A DNA stretch of 64,000 nt. It comes from Planctomycetota bacterium. Lineage in GTDB: Bacteria; Planctomycetota; B15-G4; SIAN01. The DNA lies in contig JANQQL010000005.1 of NCBI GenBank assembly GCA_028289345.1, positions 101,206 to 165,205 on the forward strand, given 5' to 3'. A model generated the notes under the pieces. The model made no database searches and was not told the origin of the DNA. It saw nothing but the letters and a program-made list of their open reading frames with translations. Of the stretch, positions 47,661-58,189 are shown piece after piece; within the stretch, counting starts at the first letter, position 1; every line of letters starts with the position of its first letter. A program made the position numbers and the translations under genes.

Positions 47661-47774
47661 CCCCACTCCGTTCCAACTCTGCGGACTAACGCACTACAGG
47701 CTTGGGCGATCGCGGGTCGAGAGTCGGTATGACGCCAATACCCGTTGTGAACATAACTGACAGGGAATCACGAA

Positions 47775-48575
47775 ATGGCAAGACGACCAGCTCCCCGCTC
47801 TGGCACCCAAAGGAAAGTGCAACGAAGTCCGTCCGGGATCATCGCCATTGCTTTCATCGTCCTTCTCGTCGTGTGCGGACGAACCTGGATATCCAGAGAT
47901 TCAATTCAGGTTGAAAGCCCCCCCCAAACGGCAGTTCTTTTGCCTACTGCCCCCGTTCCAAGTAAGAGTGACACCCTACAAGTCGATGCGTTTTCGCTTC
48001 CCGAGAACCTAGATATCGAGGTGATCAGCTGCAGTGAGACATCCCACACCAAAGTCTCCCTCGAAGTACGCCTCAGCCGCCGAGTGACGAAACAAGAGCT
48101 CACGGACCTTGCCCATGGACTCTGGAAGCAAAACGAAGGGAATCAACACGAGCGGACTTTCATCCTCTATTACCTTCCAGGCATGGAGGTCGGTGCTGGC
48201 GCTTGGGCCACCACCCACTTCAATCCCGATCTTGAGGTCAAGATCCAAGGATCCTCGATTGAGCAGGATCGGCAGTTTAGAAAGACAGCCGCTAGCTTCG
48301 AAGGCGACGTCGTCGGCAAGTGGATGGACGAGACGCCTTTTGCGGGAGGCACACTCGTGATCTTCCAAGAAGGTGAAACGGTCAAGCTCGAAAGGACTTA
48401 TCTGGACGGTAGCTCCGACATCCGGGAGCTGGTTGAACGGAAAGTCGATGGCGAGACTCGTTACTCAAAGGCGGGAGCAAACGCGTTCAGCGAATACTAC
48501 GTAATCGACGGGGGGGGAAACCTGCGGCTGTTTGACTCAGAGGGATTCATCTGTGAGGCAAAGCGGATTGACTGA
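47775..48575 (+). CDS. membrane-anchored hypothetical protein
   Basis: 266 aa. N-terminal basic stretch plus TM IIAIAFIVLLVVC. Confidence 0.5.
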   Translation: MARRPAPRSGTQRKVQRSPSGIIAIAFIVLLVVCGRTWISRDSIQVESPPQTAVLLPTAPVPSKSDTLQVDAFSLPENLDIEVISCSETSHTKVSLEVRLSRRVTKQELTDLAHGLWKQNEGNQHERTFILYYLPGMEVGAGAWATTHFNPDLEVKIQGSSIEQDRQFRKTAASFEGDVVGKWMDETPFAGGTLVIFQEGETVKLERTYLDGSSDIRELVERKVDGETRYSKAGANAFSEYYVIDGGGNLRLFDSEGFICEAKRID

Positions 48576-48852
48576 TCCCCTGAGCACGCCTTGCCGGAAT
48601 TGTGTTGGACCCTGTTAGAATTGACATGCATTGACTTCCGCAAACCAGCGCGCTTGTGCCTCCCAGCCCTCTCCATCGCCTCACCTCCAAGCCGCGTGCA
48701 AGCCCCCTGGAGTTGGCCATGGAGATCCGTCGCGTCCCCCTCAGCTCCCTTTGCCTGGACCCCTCAAACGCAGTCAACTCGGGGTCATTGCCCGACTATT
48801 CGAAGCTGGACCCCCCGGCAAGGAAGGTTGTCCATCGGGGAAGCTGTTTCAT

Positions 48853-49772
48853 CCCGTATGGCACAAGAACTCGGCCGTCCCCCGCGAGACACCACTCCTG
48901 GCTACACCGGTAACATCCGCGAGCCATGATCCCCGTCCTCCAGCCTTTTCACGTACTCGCCGTCCTCCTCGCAGGCTGGTCCAATCGGCACCAGCTGCGA
49001 GTGATCGAGTATCTGCTGGAGGAGAACCGCGTCTTCAAGGAGCAAGTACGGAAGCGAAGAGTTCGCCTGACTGACGCTCAGCGCGCTCGTCTCGCAGTCA
49101 AGGGAAAGGCACTCGGACGCAAGGTGTTGAACCAGGTGGCCAACATTGTCACACCGGACACGATCATGCGATGGCACCGACGCCTGATCGCCCTGACGTG
49201 GACCGACGAGAGCCGCAGACCGGGTCGTCCCGGCGTGATGAAGGCGATCGAGAGACTAGCGATCCGGATGGCTAGAATCCGTCCTGGGGCTACGACAAGA
49301 TCGAGGGTGGCCTGAAGAATTTGGGCCATCGCGTAGCGCCTACCACGACTGGGAACATTTTCAAGCGCCATGGCATCGAGCCAGCACCCGAGCGTCGCAA
49401 ACGCACTTCCTGGAAGACCTTTCTCCGCCAACTGGGAATCGATTGCTGCCACTGACTTCTTCACGGCTGAAGTATGGACCCCGAGGATTGAAGACGTACT
49501 GCGTCCTCTTCTTCATGGAACTTTCCACACGGAGAGTCACCACCGCTGGGATCACGCCCCACCCTCATGATCGATTTATGGCACAGGTCGCCCGAAACCT
49601 CACCGATGAAGACGACGGCTTCCTGAGCGGCAAGCGATTCCTCATCCACGACGAGGATACGAAGGATACCAACCAGTTCCTTCGCATCCTTGGAGACGCT
49701 GGCCTCGAGTCTGTTCAATGCCCGGCCAAATCGCCCCACTGCAACGCGTATGCCCAGCGTTTCGCTCGATCC
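48853..49772 (+). mobile_element. IS family B copy 4 (frameshifted, 3'-truncated)
   Basis: Left end CCCGTATGGCACAAGAAC. The transposase is split over ORFs 48926-49315, 49370-49570 and 49443-49865. Similarity stops inside AERF(V/A)RS at ~49772, where copy 5 begins. Confidence 0.8.
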
Positions 49773-49839
49773 CGAAGTATCCGAAAACTGCATCGCACTG
49801 CCAAGACACGACTTACGACCCTGTCAAACCAGAGACACC

Positions 49840-50922
49840 ATGGACAATTCAGGCATGATGCCTGAAACGATTCACCTCCAACTCCTCCTCGCAACGTTCG
49901 CCGGCTGGGTCAATCGCGAACAAGCACAAGCCATCGAGTACCTCAGGGAGGAAAATCGGGTTCTCAAAGAACAACTCAGGGGCAAGCGCCTCCGTCTGAC
50001 CGATGACCAGCGACGTCGACTTGCCGCGAAGGGCAAGAAGCTCGACCGCAAACTCCTTGGCAAGGTCGCCACCATCGTCACCCCGGACACCATCCTCCGC
50101 TGGCATCATCGCTTGATCGCCGCCAAGTGGACCTAACCCACTAAGAAGCGAGTCGGACGACCCGGAATCATGAAGCGGATCCGCGAGCTCATCGTCCGCA
50201 TGGCAACAGAGAACTCGAGCTGGGGATACTGCAGGATCCAGGGAGAGCTCAAGGGCCTCGGCCACCGGGTTGCCACCAGCACGATCGCAAAGACCCTCAA
50301 GGAGCACGGGATCAAGCCAGCGCCTGAACGCCCCACCACATGGCGGACCTTTCTCGAGTCCCACGCCCAAGTCATCGGTGCCACCGATTTCTTCACGACC
50401 GAAGTCTGGACCGCTCGGGGCCTCGTCACGTACTACACCGTGTTCGTGATCGACATCGCGACGCGCGCCGTTCACATTGCGGGAACGACAACCAAGCCGG
50501 ACTCGCAGTTCATGGCCCAAATCGCTCGCAACCTTACCGACTGCGTCGATGGCTTACTCCTTGGAAAACGCTATCTGATTCTCGACCGTGACGGGAAGTA
50601 CTGCCCAGCGTTCAAGGAGATCATCAAGGCAGCCGGCGTGCAGATCATCCTGACCAGCTACCAGGCTCCGAATATGAACTCGTTCGCGGAGCGCTTCGTC
50701 CTTTCCATCATAAGAGAGTGCCTCGGCCGCATGATCTTCGTTGGCGAGAGTTCGCTGCATCGAGCCCTTCGCCAGTTCGTCACTCATTACCATGCGGAGA
50801 GGCCACATCAGGGCCTCGGTAACGAGCGGGTCAACGGCCAGACCTCTACAGAGTCCAGCCAAGTCATGGTTCGAGAACGCCTTGGCGGGCTCCTCAAGCA
50901 CTATCACCGTCGCGCTGCGTAG
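49840..50922 (+). pseudogene. rve/DDE transposase interrupted by one in-frame TAA
   Basis: ORFs 49690-50136 and 50170-50922 are in the same frame. TAA at 50134-50136 sits where copy 2 has Tyr (KWT-Y-ERGKPG). Confidence 0.75.
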
Positions 50923-51233
50923 CGAAGATTCCCAAGGCCGCGGTCAAAGCCAGGCCCCGACTCTGCCCACTGCGGAAAAGCTCGGCCAGCTCCCGACGCC
51001 GAGAACCCCGAAACACACAAACGAGGTGCGCTCCATGAACAGATTGGGGGTCGGCTGAGTTCTCGGACACCACGGCCCCGCCGTTTGTGTTTCCAACGAT
51101 CCTGACCAGCCCCCAATCGCGCGTCCACCCGCTATGAGAGTTTGCTGCCCAGTTTCGGTCCGGTGAGCTTTCCCCAAAGTGAGGTCCACCGCTACTGCGA
51201 AAACTCTCAAAATACGGTCGACCTCTTTTTGGG

Positions 51234-51257
51234 GATCACGTCACCGGTGACGTGATC
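51234..51257. repeat. perfect 24-nt palindrome GATCACGTCACCGGTGACGTGATC
   Basis: Verified by reverse-complementing the string. Overlaps the start of the copy-5 right end and is followed by TAGCTTTTG. Confidence 0.9.
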
Positions 51258-51472
51258 TAGCTTTTGCACCTGCGGACTCGAAACCCACCTCGCCGAGCTT
51301 CTCGGCCGACTTCGAAGTCCCCCATCACCATTTCAGGAGTCCCTAAGAATGCCCGAATCGAGGTCCGCCGAGTATTCGGATATCAAGAGCACAGAGTTCG
51401 TTCTCGAGCAGCATAACCCGCGAAATCGGGAAGTCTGGCCCATCCACTACGTTCTCGGGAAGCAGACGCGCG

Positions 51473-52549
51473 TCACGATTCCCACGTCGCGAAAGTAGTA
51501 ACCTCGAAGGTAACCTCTTCGCCCGACATCGGGCTTCCAATCAAGTCTAGCCGGACATTACTGGCAGTACCAATTTCAGTCACTCCCGAACCAATCTCAA
51601 GGCCGAGCCCGTTTGACGATCGAACACGCTCGCCAGGTGACGCTGATGGATTCTTCAGGATGGCCTGGAAATAGATGTGAACACCACTCCACGAAGGACG
51701 GCTCGGAAGGACAAACGACGGCATAGCACCCGCCGAAACCGGAACAATGGAGATTGGATCGACGACAAGACGGGCTCCACTAGAGAACGAGAGATCGACC
51801 AGACGGGTTCCAACCACGAGGAAGCACTCCGGACGGATTGCAGGACCGCAAGCCTCTGTAGCAAGATTCGTCGCATCCAGTCTCACGGCCAAACCCGTGG
51901 ATGAGTCAAGGAGTTCGATCGTGCCCTGACTAACCGTCGGAGCTGTTCGCTGGGGCGTCGCCCTCGTCACTTGTTCCCCAGGCATTACCGTGACGCCGTT
52001 GAATGGAGTTCCAGCCCACGACACAACGTACGGTGAATCCAAAGAATTGGTCACGGTGAACAGCACGTTTTTTCCATCCCACATCGAGTCATAAGAAACA
52101 GACTTGGACTCCGCCATGCTATCGGAGTAGCTATTGACGATCCACGAGTTGCGACCAACGGAGTCCTTACATTCGTCAAGGAACATTGCAGTAACATCGC
52201 AATCGTCACTGCTCGCTCCGCAGGCGAAGGAACCCTCACTCACACACGGGGTAATCGTAGCTGATGAGAAGTCCATACTGACGGACTGAACGCCACCCTG
52301 CGAGGACCTGTGGATTTTTCTACAAACTTCGGATTGGATGCCAGGCACGTCGACGCAAATGTAGCTACTAGAGCTAACGATTCTTGTTAGGACGCAGTCC
52401 TCAAAGCAGTAGGTGATTGAGCTGTCGCCGCAGTCGTTCGACACCGTATCCGCAAGAAGTCGCTCACAAGTAATCAACGACGATGCGATCAAATACGACA
52501 AAGGAACGACTGTCTGAAATGTCTTGTATGCGATTTGCTTGAATTGCAT
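51473..52549 (-). CDS. secreted Cys-rich hypothetical protein
   Basis: 358-aa ORF in an AT-richer segment. N-terminal hydrophobic segment; many Cys in the first 130 aa. Confidence 0.5.
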   Translation of the reverse strand: MQFKQIAYKTFQTVVPLSYLIASSLITCERLLADTVSNDCGDSSITYCFEDCVLTRIVSSSSYICVDVPGIQSEVCRKIHRSSQGGVQSVSMDFSSATITPCVSEGSFACGASSDDCDVTAMFLDECKDSVGRNSWIVNSYSDSMAESKSVSYDSMWDGKNVLFTVTNSLDSPYVVSWAGTPFNGVTVMPGEQVTRATPQRTAPTVSQGTIELLDSSTGLAVRLDATNLATEACGPAIRPECFLVVGTRLVDLSFSSGARLVVDPISIVPVSAGAMPSFVLPSRPSWSGVHIYFQAILKNPSASPGERVRSSNGLGLEIGSGVTEIGTASNVRLDLIGSPMSGEEVTFEVTTFATWES

Positions 52550-53313
52550 CTCATCTTCTCCTGTCCCAATGAACTAGGCGTCCAATCTATGACCTCACCG
52601 ACACACGTTGTTCAGAAAGCGTAGGCCGCCGGCGGCGCATCCGGTTCTTTCCCAAACCCCTCCCTCGGACGACGCTGAGTGGGGCACCGTAGGCGAAAGC
52701 CGAGGTCAACTGCACGCCCTTTCGAGTGGCCAAGTGCTCGAAGCTTGTTTGCAGCTTCCCTGTCGACGTTTCACCAATCACTATGGTCTCCACAGAAGTG
52801 GAGTTCGAGATTCAGAAGCCGGTCCCCATAGTGCCCTGCGATTACAGTGACAGCGGACCTACACAGAACGCGGTCATTCGCCGACACCGAAATGTCTACG
52901 AGTACCACTGAAAGTGCTTTCATAACCCAGGAATGTCGGGCTACCGCGGATCAGCTTCAAACCCATTCCCGCGATTCCTCGCCCTTCGCTCGAAAAGCAC
53001 TGGCTCCTTCTCGTGCCCAACGATCTGTGTAGCCTCCCGTCTCCGAGGAAGGCCCTAGCGAACAAGCTGAATCCAGCGCAGTTTCAGCGTTTCATTTCAT
53101 TGCTCCTTTGACCTTTCGCCCTGCGCAGACACCCACCGGGAGGCGACTCGGACCTGCGTTCGGGCTACCCCGCCCGAGTCGAATGGCCAAGCGGAATCGC
53201 CGTCGCAAAACGGGGGATGAAAAATCCGACGACCTTTCGTCAACTACTTTGAGTGGGGATTGTCCTCCACTATGATGAGCGCTGTCAGGAATGAGCCAGG
53301 GAGACATTCTTCC

Positions 53314-53865
53314 ATGTCACAAGCCGCACAACCGCGTCCGGACCTGGATCAACACATGGTTGCCCTCTACCACGACCTTCGAAAGTCCGTCCGCCAGAGG
53401 ATGCACAAGTGCGAGCGTCCAGGACATACGCTCAGCCCGACGGATGTCGTCAATGAAGCCTATCTGCGCCTCAGTCAACGGAACCAGTCCTGGGCGAGTA
53501 AGACTCATATCCAAGCATTGGCCGTGAAATGCGCCTGGGACGTATTGGTGGACTATGCCCGCAAGCGGAACGCCGAAAAGCGTGGCGGGCAGCAGCAGCG
53601 CGTCACGCTTCTCGATGGGGATCTCGTCTCCAAGGAACTGTCCCTGGATGTCCTCGACCTGTATGCGGCACTCGAAAAGTTGGAAGAGAAACGACCTCAG
53701 CAGCGCAAGGTTGTCGACTTGCGTTTCTTTGGTGGTATGAGCTTTCGCGAAATCGGGGACTTCCTCTACATTTCACCATCCACCGCCAGGGAGTACTGGG
53801 CCTATGCCCGCGCTTGGCTCATGAGCGAACTGAGAACCCCTGGAGTCGAATGTGATCGACCGTAA
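53314..53865 (+). CDS. ECF sigma factor (type found next to Ser/Thr kinases)
   Basis: DVVNEAYLRL, RKVVDLRFFGGMSFREIGDFLYISPSTAREYWAYARAWL. ATG 53314 with GGGAGA upstream; a TTG at 53260 is also possible. Confidence 0.8.
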   Translation: MSQAAQPRPDLDQHMVALYHDLRKSVRQRMHKCERPGHTLSPTDVVNEAYLRLSQRNQSWASKTHIQALAVKCAWDVLVDYARKRNAEKRGGQQQRVTLLDGDLVSKELSLDVLDLYAALEKLEEKRPQQRKVVDLRFFGGMSFREIGDFLYISPSTAREYWAYARAWLMSELRTPGVECDRP

Positions 53866-56707
53866 TCGATCCTTCGAACTGTTCATCGCGGCACGAAGGC
53901 TACCGACCCAACGACAACGCGAGGCGCTTCTTAGGCGGGAATGTGGCGCGGACGAAGAGTTGCGCTCGCGGATCGAGGACCTGCTCCGCGAAGACAACAG
54001 TCGCGGCGGACTAGACGGTATTCTGGAAGAGGTGCAGAATGACCCGCCGGGGATCTCTCTTCCGGAACGGATCGGTCCCTACCAGATTCTCAGTCTTCTT
54101 GGGGAAGGGGGCATGGGCATCGTCTACGAGGCGCAACAAGAGCATCCTCACCGCACCGTCGCCGTGAAAGTCATACGCTTTGGATTGGTCACGGAGAGAA
54201 TGCGACGTCGCTTCGAATTTGAAACCGATGTCCTCGGAACGCTTCAGCACCCCGGCATTGCTCAGATCTATGGCGCCGGCACCGAAACCACCCCCCAGGG
54301 ATCCTGTCCCTATTTCGCCATGGAGCGAATCCACGGCCAAACACTTCTAGAGTACGCGCGGGACCAACGGCTCAGCGTCCGCTCAAAACTCGAACTCTTC
54401 CTACGGATTTGTGATGCGGTGCACCATGCCCACCAAAAAGGCGTGATCCATCGCGATCTCAAACCCAGCAACATCCTGATCACCGCGGACGGTCAGCCGA
54501 AGATCCTCGATTTCGGAATTGCACGGTCGACCAACGCCGATCTCAGCGCCTCGACGGCTCACACCGAAAGCCAACAGGTCCTCGGAACCCCGGCTTACAT
54601 GAGTCCGGAACAGGCGGCGGGAGAGACCAAGAGTGTCGATCTCCGATCGGATCTCTACTCGCTTGGAGTGATTCTCTACGAGCTACTTGCCGGAACTCCT
54701 CCCTTCCAGCTTGACGAGATGCCACCGCTGCGAGCGTTGTGGACGACTCGCGAAAAGCAACCATCGCCCTTGGGGAACCACGACCGCACCTGTCGCGGCG
54801 ATCTTGAAACCATCGTCGGCAAGGCGCTCGAAAAAGAGCGCGAACGACGCTACGCATCGCTTGTGATGATGGCCGAAGATCTCCGCGCCTACCTGCAAAA
54901 CCGGCCAATCTCCGCACGTCCCGCCAGCCATTGGTATCGCTTCCAGAAGTTTTGCAAGCGTAACCGGATGTTGTCCGCCTCACTAGGGGCGGTGGCAGTG
55001 TCTTTGCTCGCCGGTTTGATCGTGACCGGACTCCTTTTCAACGAGAACCGTAAACAACTGATCAAGACACAATTCATGGTCGGACTGAACGAAGAGATGT
55101 GGAGGGCAGCGGATCCTTATCTTGACTTTTCCCACAATGTGACGGTGCGCGAGGTTTTGGACCATAAGTCCGGCTCCGCACTCCAACAACTCGAACAGTA
55201 CCCGGAGTTGCACGCGAGGTTTCAAGCAGTCTTGGGTGAGACCTACTACGGCCTGGGCGCTCTTGAATCCGCCCGATTCCATCTCGAACGCGCTCTTCAG
55301 CGCTCTGAAGAATCTTTCGGCTCCGAGCATCGTTTGACTCTGACAACTCGACACAACCTCGCCAAAACGCGTCTCGCCGAGGGGAAGTACGTTGAGGCAC
55401 GCGAAGAATTCCAAGTCTTATTGAAGGATCAAGAGCACATTCTGGGCAAAGAAGATCCGGACACACTCATCACCTCTCATGAACTGGCCCGCGTGCTCAC
55501 GCATCAGGGCAATGCGAAAGAAGCACTGGAGATGCACCGCCAGAACCTTGCGATCCAGGAACGCACACTGGGAGACGATTATCCTGACACGTTGAACTCC
55601 CGCGCCAGCATCGCGTTTCTTCTTATGTCTCTTGGTCAATACGAAGAAGCAAGAGCGCTCCACGAGGAGGTCTTGGCTGCCGAACAAAGAACCGTTGGCG
55701 ACGATCACCCCTCGACCTTGACGGCGCGCCACAACATCGCCTGGACCCTCGCCGCCGAAGGTCGCCATCAAGAGGCCCTCGCCATCGAACGGGAAGTCCT
55801 GAAGTGCCAGGTTCAACGGCTTGGCGAGGAACACCCCTCCACACTTCGAACACGTAACAACATGGCTTGGTCTCTCGCGTCTCTCGGCATGTGGGAAAAG
55901 GCGACCTCAATTCACAACGACGTGCTGAGGATTCAGCAACGTCACTTGGGCCCGGAACATCCAGAATCCATCAACTCGATGTTCAACCTCGCGGCGATTT
56001 CCGCCTCCCAAGGAAACCACGCCGCGGCTCTGCGCGGCTTCCAGCAAGTGTTGGAAGCTCGCCTGCGTCAGAATGGAAGCAGCCACCCAAAGACGTTTGA
56101 GGCGCGCCTTCGGATCGCCGCCGTCTGGGAATCCATGGGCGACCTCGTCCTCGCTCTCAAAAGCGCGAGAAAGACTCTGGAGGACATGGAATCAGCGTTC
56201 GGCGTCGATCATCCGCGCACGGAATCAGCGAAAGACCCACTGGTCAGATACCTGGACCGGGTCGAAGAAGATCGCCGCAATCAACTTGCTCGAGCGACGA
56301 AGATTCGAGATCGCGACCCACAGGCGTGGTTCGAAGCCGTCGATTCCCTCGCCTGGCTTCTCGTGGAGTATCACCGTTTTAGACGAGAGGGTGCCCTCGA
56401 AGAAGCGGCGGACCTCTACGGAGACGCTCTTGATTCGAAGGATTGGCGGGTGTTCGAATCGGAAATCGTCGGCGGCACCCTCCGCCTTCATCACGGGATT
56501 TGTCAACAAGAACTCGAAGAACTTCTCGAAGCCGAAGACAGCTTGTGCCTTTCCTACCAGATCCTAGACCGCCATGCCGGCCCGAGTCATGCCGCCACTC
56601 GCGCAGCGCTGCGCGCCCTCGTCCGCTTCTATGAGAAGGACGAGGACAAAGCAAAAGCTCACCGATACCAGGAGCTTCTGAACCAGTCGACGCTCGCGGA
56701 AGAGTGA
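53852..56707 (+). CDS. Ser/Thr protein kinase with TM and C-terminal TPR repeats
   Basis: GTG 53852 overlaps the sigma gene end. GEGGMGIVYEA, HRDLKPSNILI, DFGIAR, GTPAYMSPEQ. TM SLGAVAVSLLAGLIVTGLLF. Multiple TPR_12-like units. Confidence 0.9.
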   Translation: MIDRNRSFELFIAARRLPTQRQREALLRRECGADEELRSRIEDLLREDNSRGGLDGILEEVQNDPPGISLPERIGPYQILSLLGEGGMGIVYEAQQEHPHRTVAVKVIRFGLVTERMRRRFEFETDVLGTLQHPGIAQIYGAGTETTPQGSCPYFAMERIHGQTLLEYARDQRLSVRSKLELFLRICDAVHHAHQKGVIHRDLKPSNILITADGQPKILDFGIARSTNADLSASTAHTESQQVLGTPAYMSPEQAAGETKSVDLRSDLYSLGVILYELLAGTPPFQLDEMPPLRALWTTREKQPSPLGNHDRTCRGDLETIVGKALEKERERRYASLVMMAEDLRAYLQNRPISARPASHWYRFQKFCKRNRMLSASLGAVAVSLLAGLIVTGLLFNENRKQLIKTQFMVGLNEEMWRAADPYLDFSHNVTVREVLDHKSGSALQQLEQYPELHARFQAVLGETYYGLGALESARFHLERALQRSEESFGSEHRLTLTTRHNLAKTRLAEGKYVEAREEFQVLLKDQEHILGKEDPDTLITSHELARVLTHQGNAKEALEMHRQNLAIQERTLGDDYPDTLNSRASIAFLLMSLGQYEEARALHEEVLAAEQRTVGDDHPSTLTARHNIAWTLAAEGRHQEALAIEREVLKCQVQRLGEEHPSTLRTRNNMAWSLASLGMWEKATSIHNDVLRIQQRHLGPEHPESINSMFNLAAISASQGNHAAALRGFQQVLEARLRQNGSSHPKTFEARLRIAAVWESMGDLVLALKSARKTLEDMESAFGVDHPRTESAKDPLVRYLDRVEEDRRNQLARATKIRDRDPQAWFEAVDSLAWLLVEYHRFRREGALEEAADLYGDALDSKDWRVFESEIVGGTLRLHHGICQQELEELLEAEDSLCLSYQILDRHAGPSHAATRAALRALVRFYEKDEDKAKAHRYQELLNQSTLAEE

Positions 56708-56913
56708 TTCGCGGGGAAAGTCCCCCCCCACCCCCAATCACTTCCTAAACCACTTTCATGCTCTATCCGATCTCACATAGAGTTCGAGAGCCGTCCCGGA
56801 CTGGGCTGTGCCTCCCAAAAACTTGTGCGCCCTCACACACCCTAGCAGACTAATCGATTGAGGCAGATTCGGCCAAGCCAGCTCCACACGACGGCACTAG
56901 GTAAAATCACGCC

Positions 56914-58005
56914 ATGGCTGCGCTGTTACAACTCATGCATCTGCTCCGATCACTCGCCAGAGATCGCGACGCCCTTGCCTTGGAGAACATCGCTCTTCGT
57001 CATCAGCTCGCGGTTCTGAAACGCACGGTGAAGCGGCACACGTCAAAGACTCCGACCGGATCTTCTGGATCATGATGCGCCGATTCCTCAAGGATTGGCA
57101 GGACGCCCTGATCTTCGTCAAACCGGAAACGGTGATTCGCTGGCACCGCAAAAAGGATGGAAGTACTATTGGAAACGGAAGTCCAAGCCGAAGAAGGTTG
57201 GACGGCCTCCCATCAGCCTCAAGCTCATTCACTTGATTCGTCGTCTTTCGAAAGAGAACCCTCTCTGGGGCACGCCTCAGATCCGGGACGAACTGGCCCT
57301 CTTGGGACACGAGGTGGCCGAGTCCACCGTCGCGAAGTACATGGTGCACACGCCTGACCCCGGTCGGCAACAGTCCTGGCGCACCTTCCTCAAGAACCAC
57401 CTGGATGCAACGGCAGCGTGCGACTTCTTCACGGTGCCTACTCTGACGTTCAAGACCCTGTACTGCTTCGTGGTGCTGTCGCATTGCCGCCGCCGAATCC
57501 TCCACACCGGTGTCACCAAGAACCCGACCGCCGAGTGGACGGCCCGCCAGCTCCTGGAGGCGTTTCCTGGCGACGGCGCGGAGCCCGAGTACCTCATCCA
57601 TGACCGGGACTCGATTTATGGCGGCGTGGTCGACGATCAGCTTGAGATCCTACAGATCGACCCCGTCGTCACGGCCAGACGGAGTCCCTGGCAGAACGGC
57701 TACTGCGAACGCGTCATCGGATCGATTCGACGCGAGTGCACACGGACCATGTGATTCCACTAGGTGAGAAGCACTTGCTACGACTTCTCTATGAGTATAC
57801 CGCGTACTACAACGAATCGCGGACACACCTAGCGCTAGACGGGAACTCACCTGTCGCTCGCGACGTCGAGCACGCCGACCGCTTGATTTCGGAGCGTGTG
57901 CTTGGCGGGCTTCATCACCGCTATCGCGCGGTCGCGTGACACGCACCCCGATTTCGTCTACTCTTACCAACAGAATTGGCTCGGGACGACGTTTTCGGGA
58001 AGCAA
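56914..58005 (+). mobile_element. IS family A copy with a multiply frameshifted rve transposase
   Basis: MAALLQLMHLLRSLARDRDALALENIALRHQLAVLKRTVKR... then frame changes near 57040, 57150 and 57745. Core is ACDFFTV...IHDRDSIYG...PWQNGYCERVIGSIRREC. The tail matches 13020-13400. Confidence 0.75.
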
Positions 58006-58189
58006 AGCGGGAAAGCCGAACCATCTGCCACTCTCGGGCTATTAGGGCACGAACGCACTACAGCCCACTGACGGGCTACCGCGGCGACTCGCTGGGTATG
58101 CGCGAGAGCCTCATGAATCCCTAAGCAATGTCGAACAAACCCAGCAAGAGTCGCTTCTCTGAGAATCGTGCAGCATCCGAGATAACGTA

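Larger units (their letters stand above)
49771..51276 (+). mobile_element. IS family B-related copy 5 (most complete, more divergent)
   Basis: Left end CCCGAAGTATCCGAAAACTGCATCGCAC. Right end GATCTAGCTTTTGCACCTGCGGA lies ~330 nt after the transposase stop. Confidence 0.7.

Noticed and set aside
56933-57601. 222-aa minus-strand ORF across IS family A.
   Set aside because: The plus strand encodes the recognisable (frameshifted) rve transposase.
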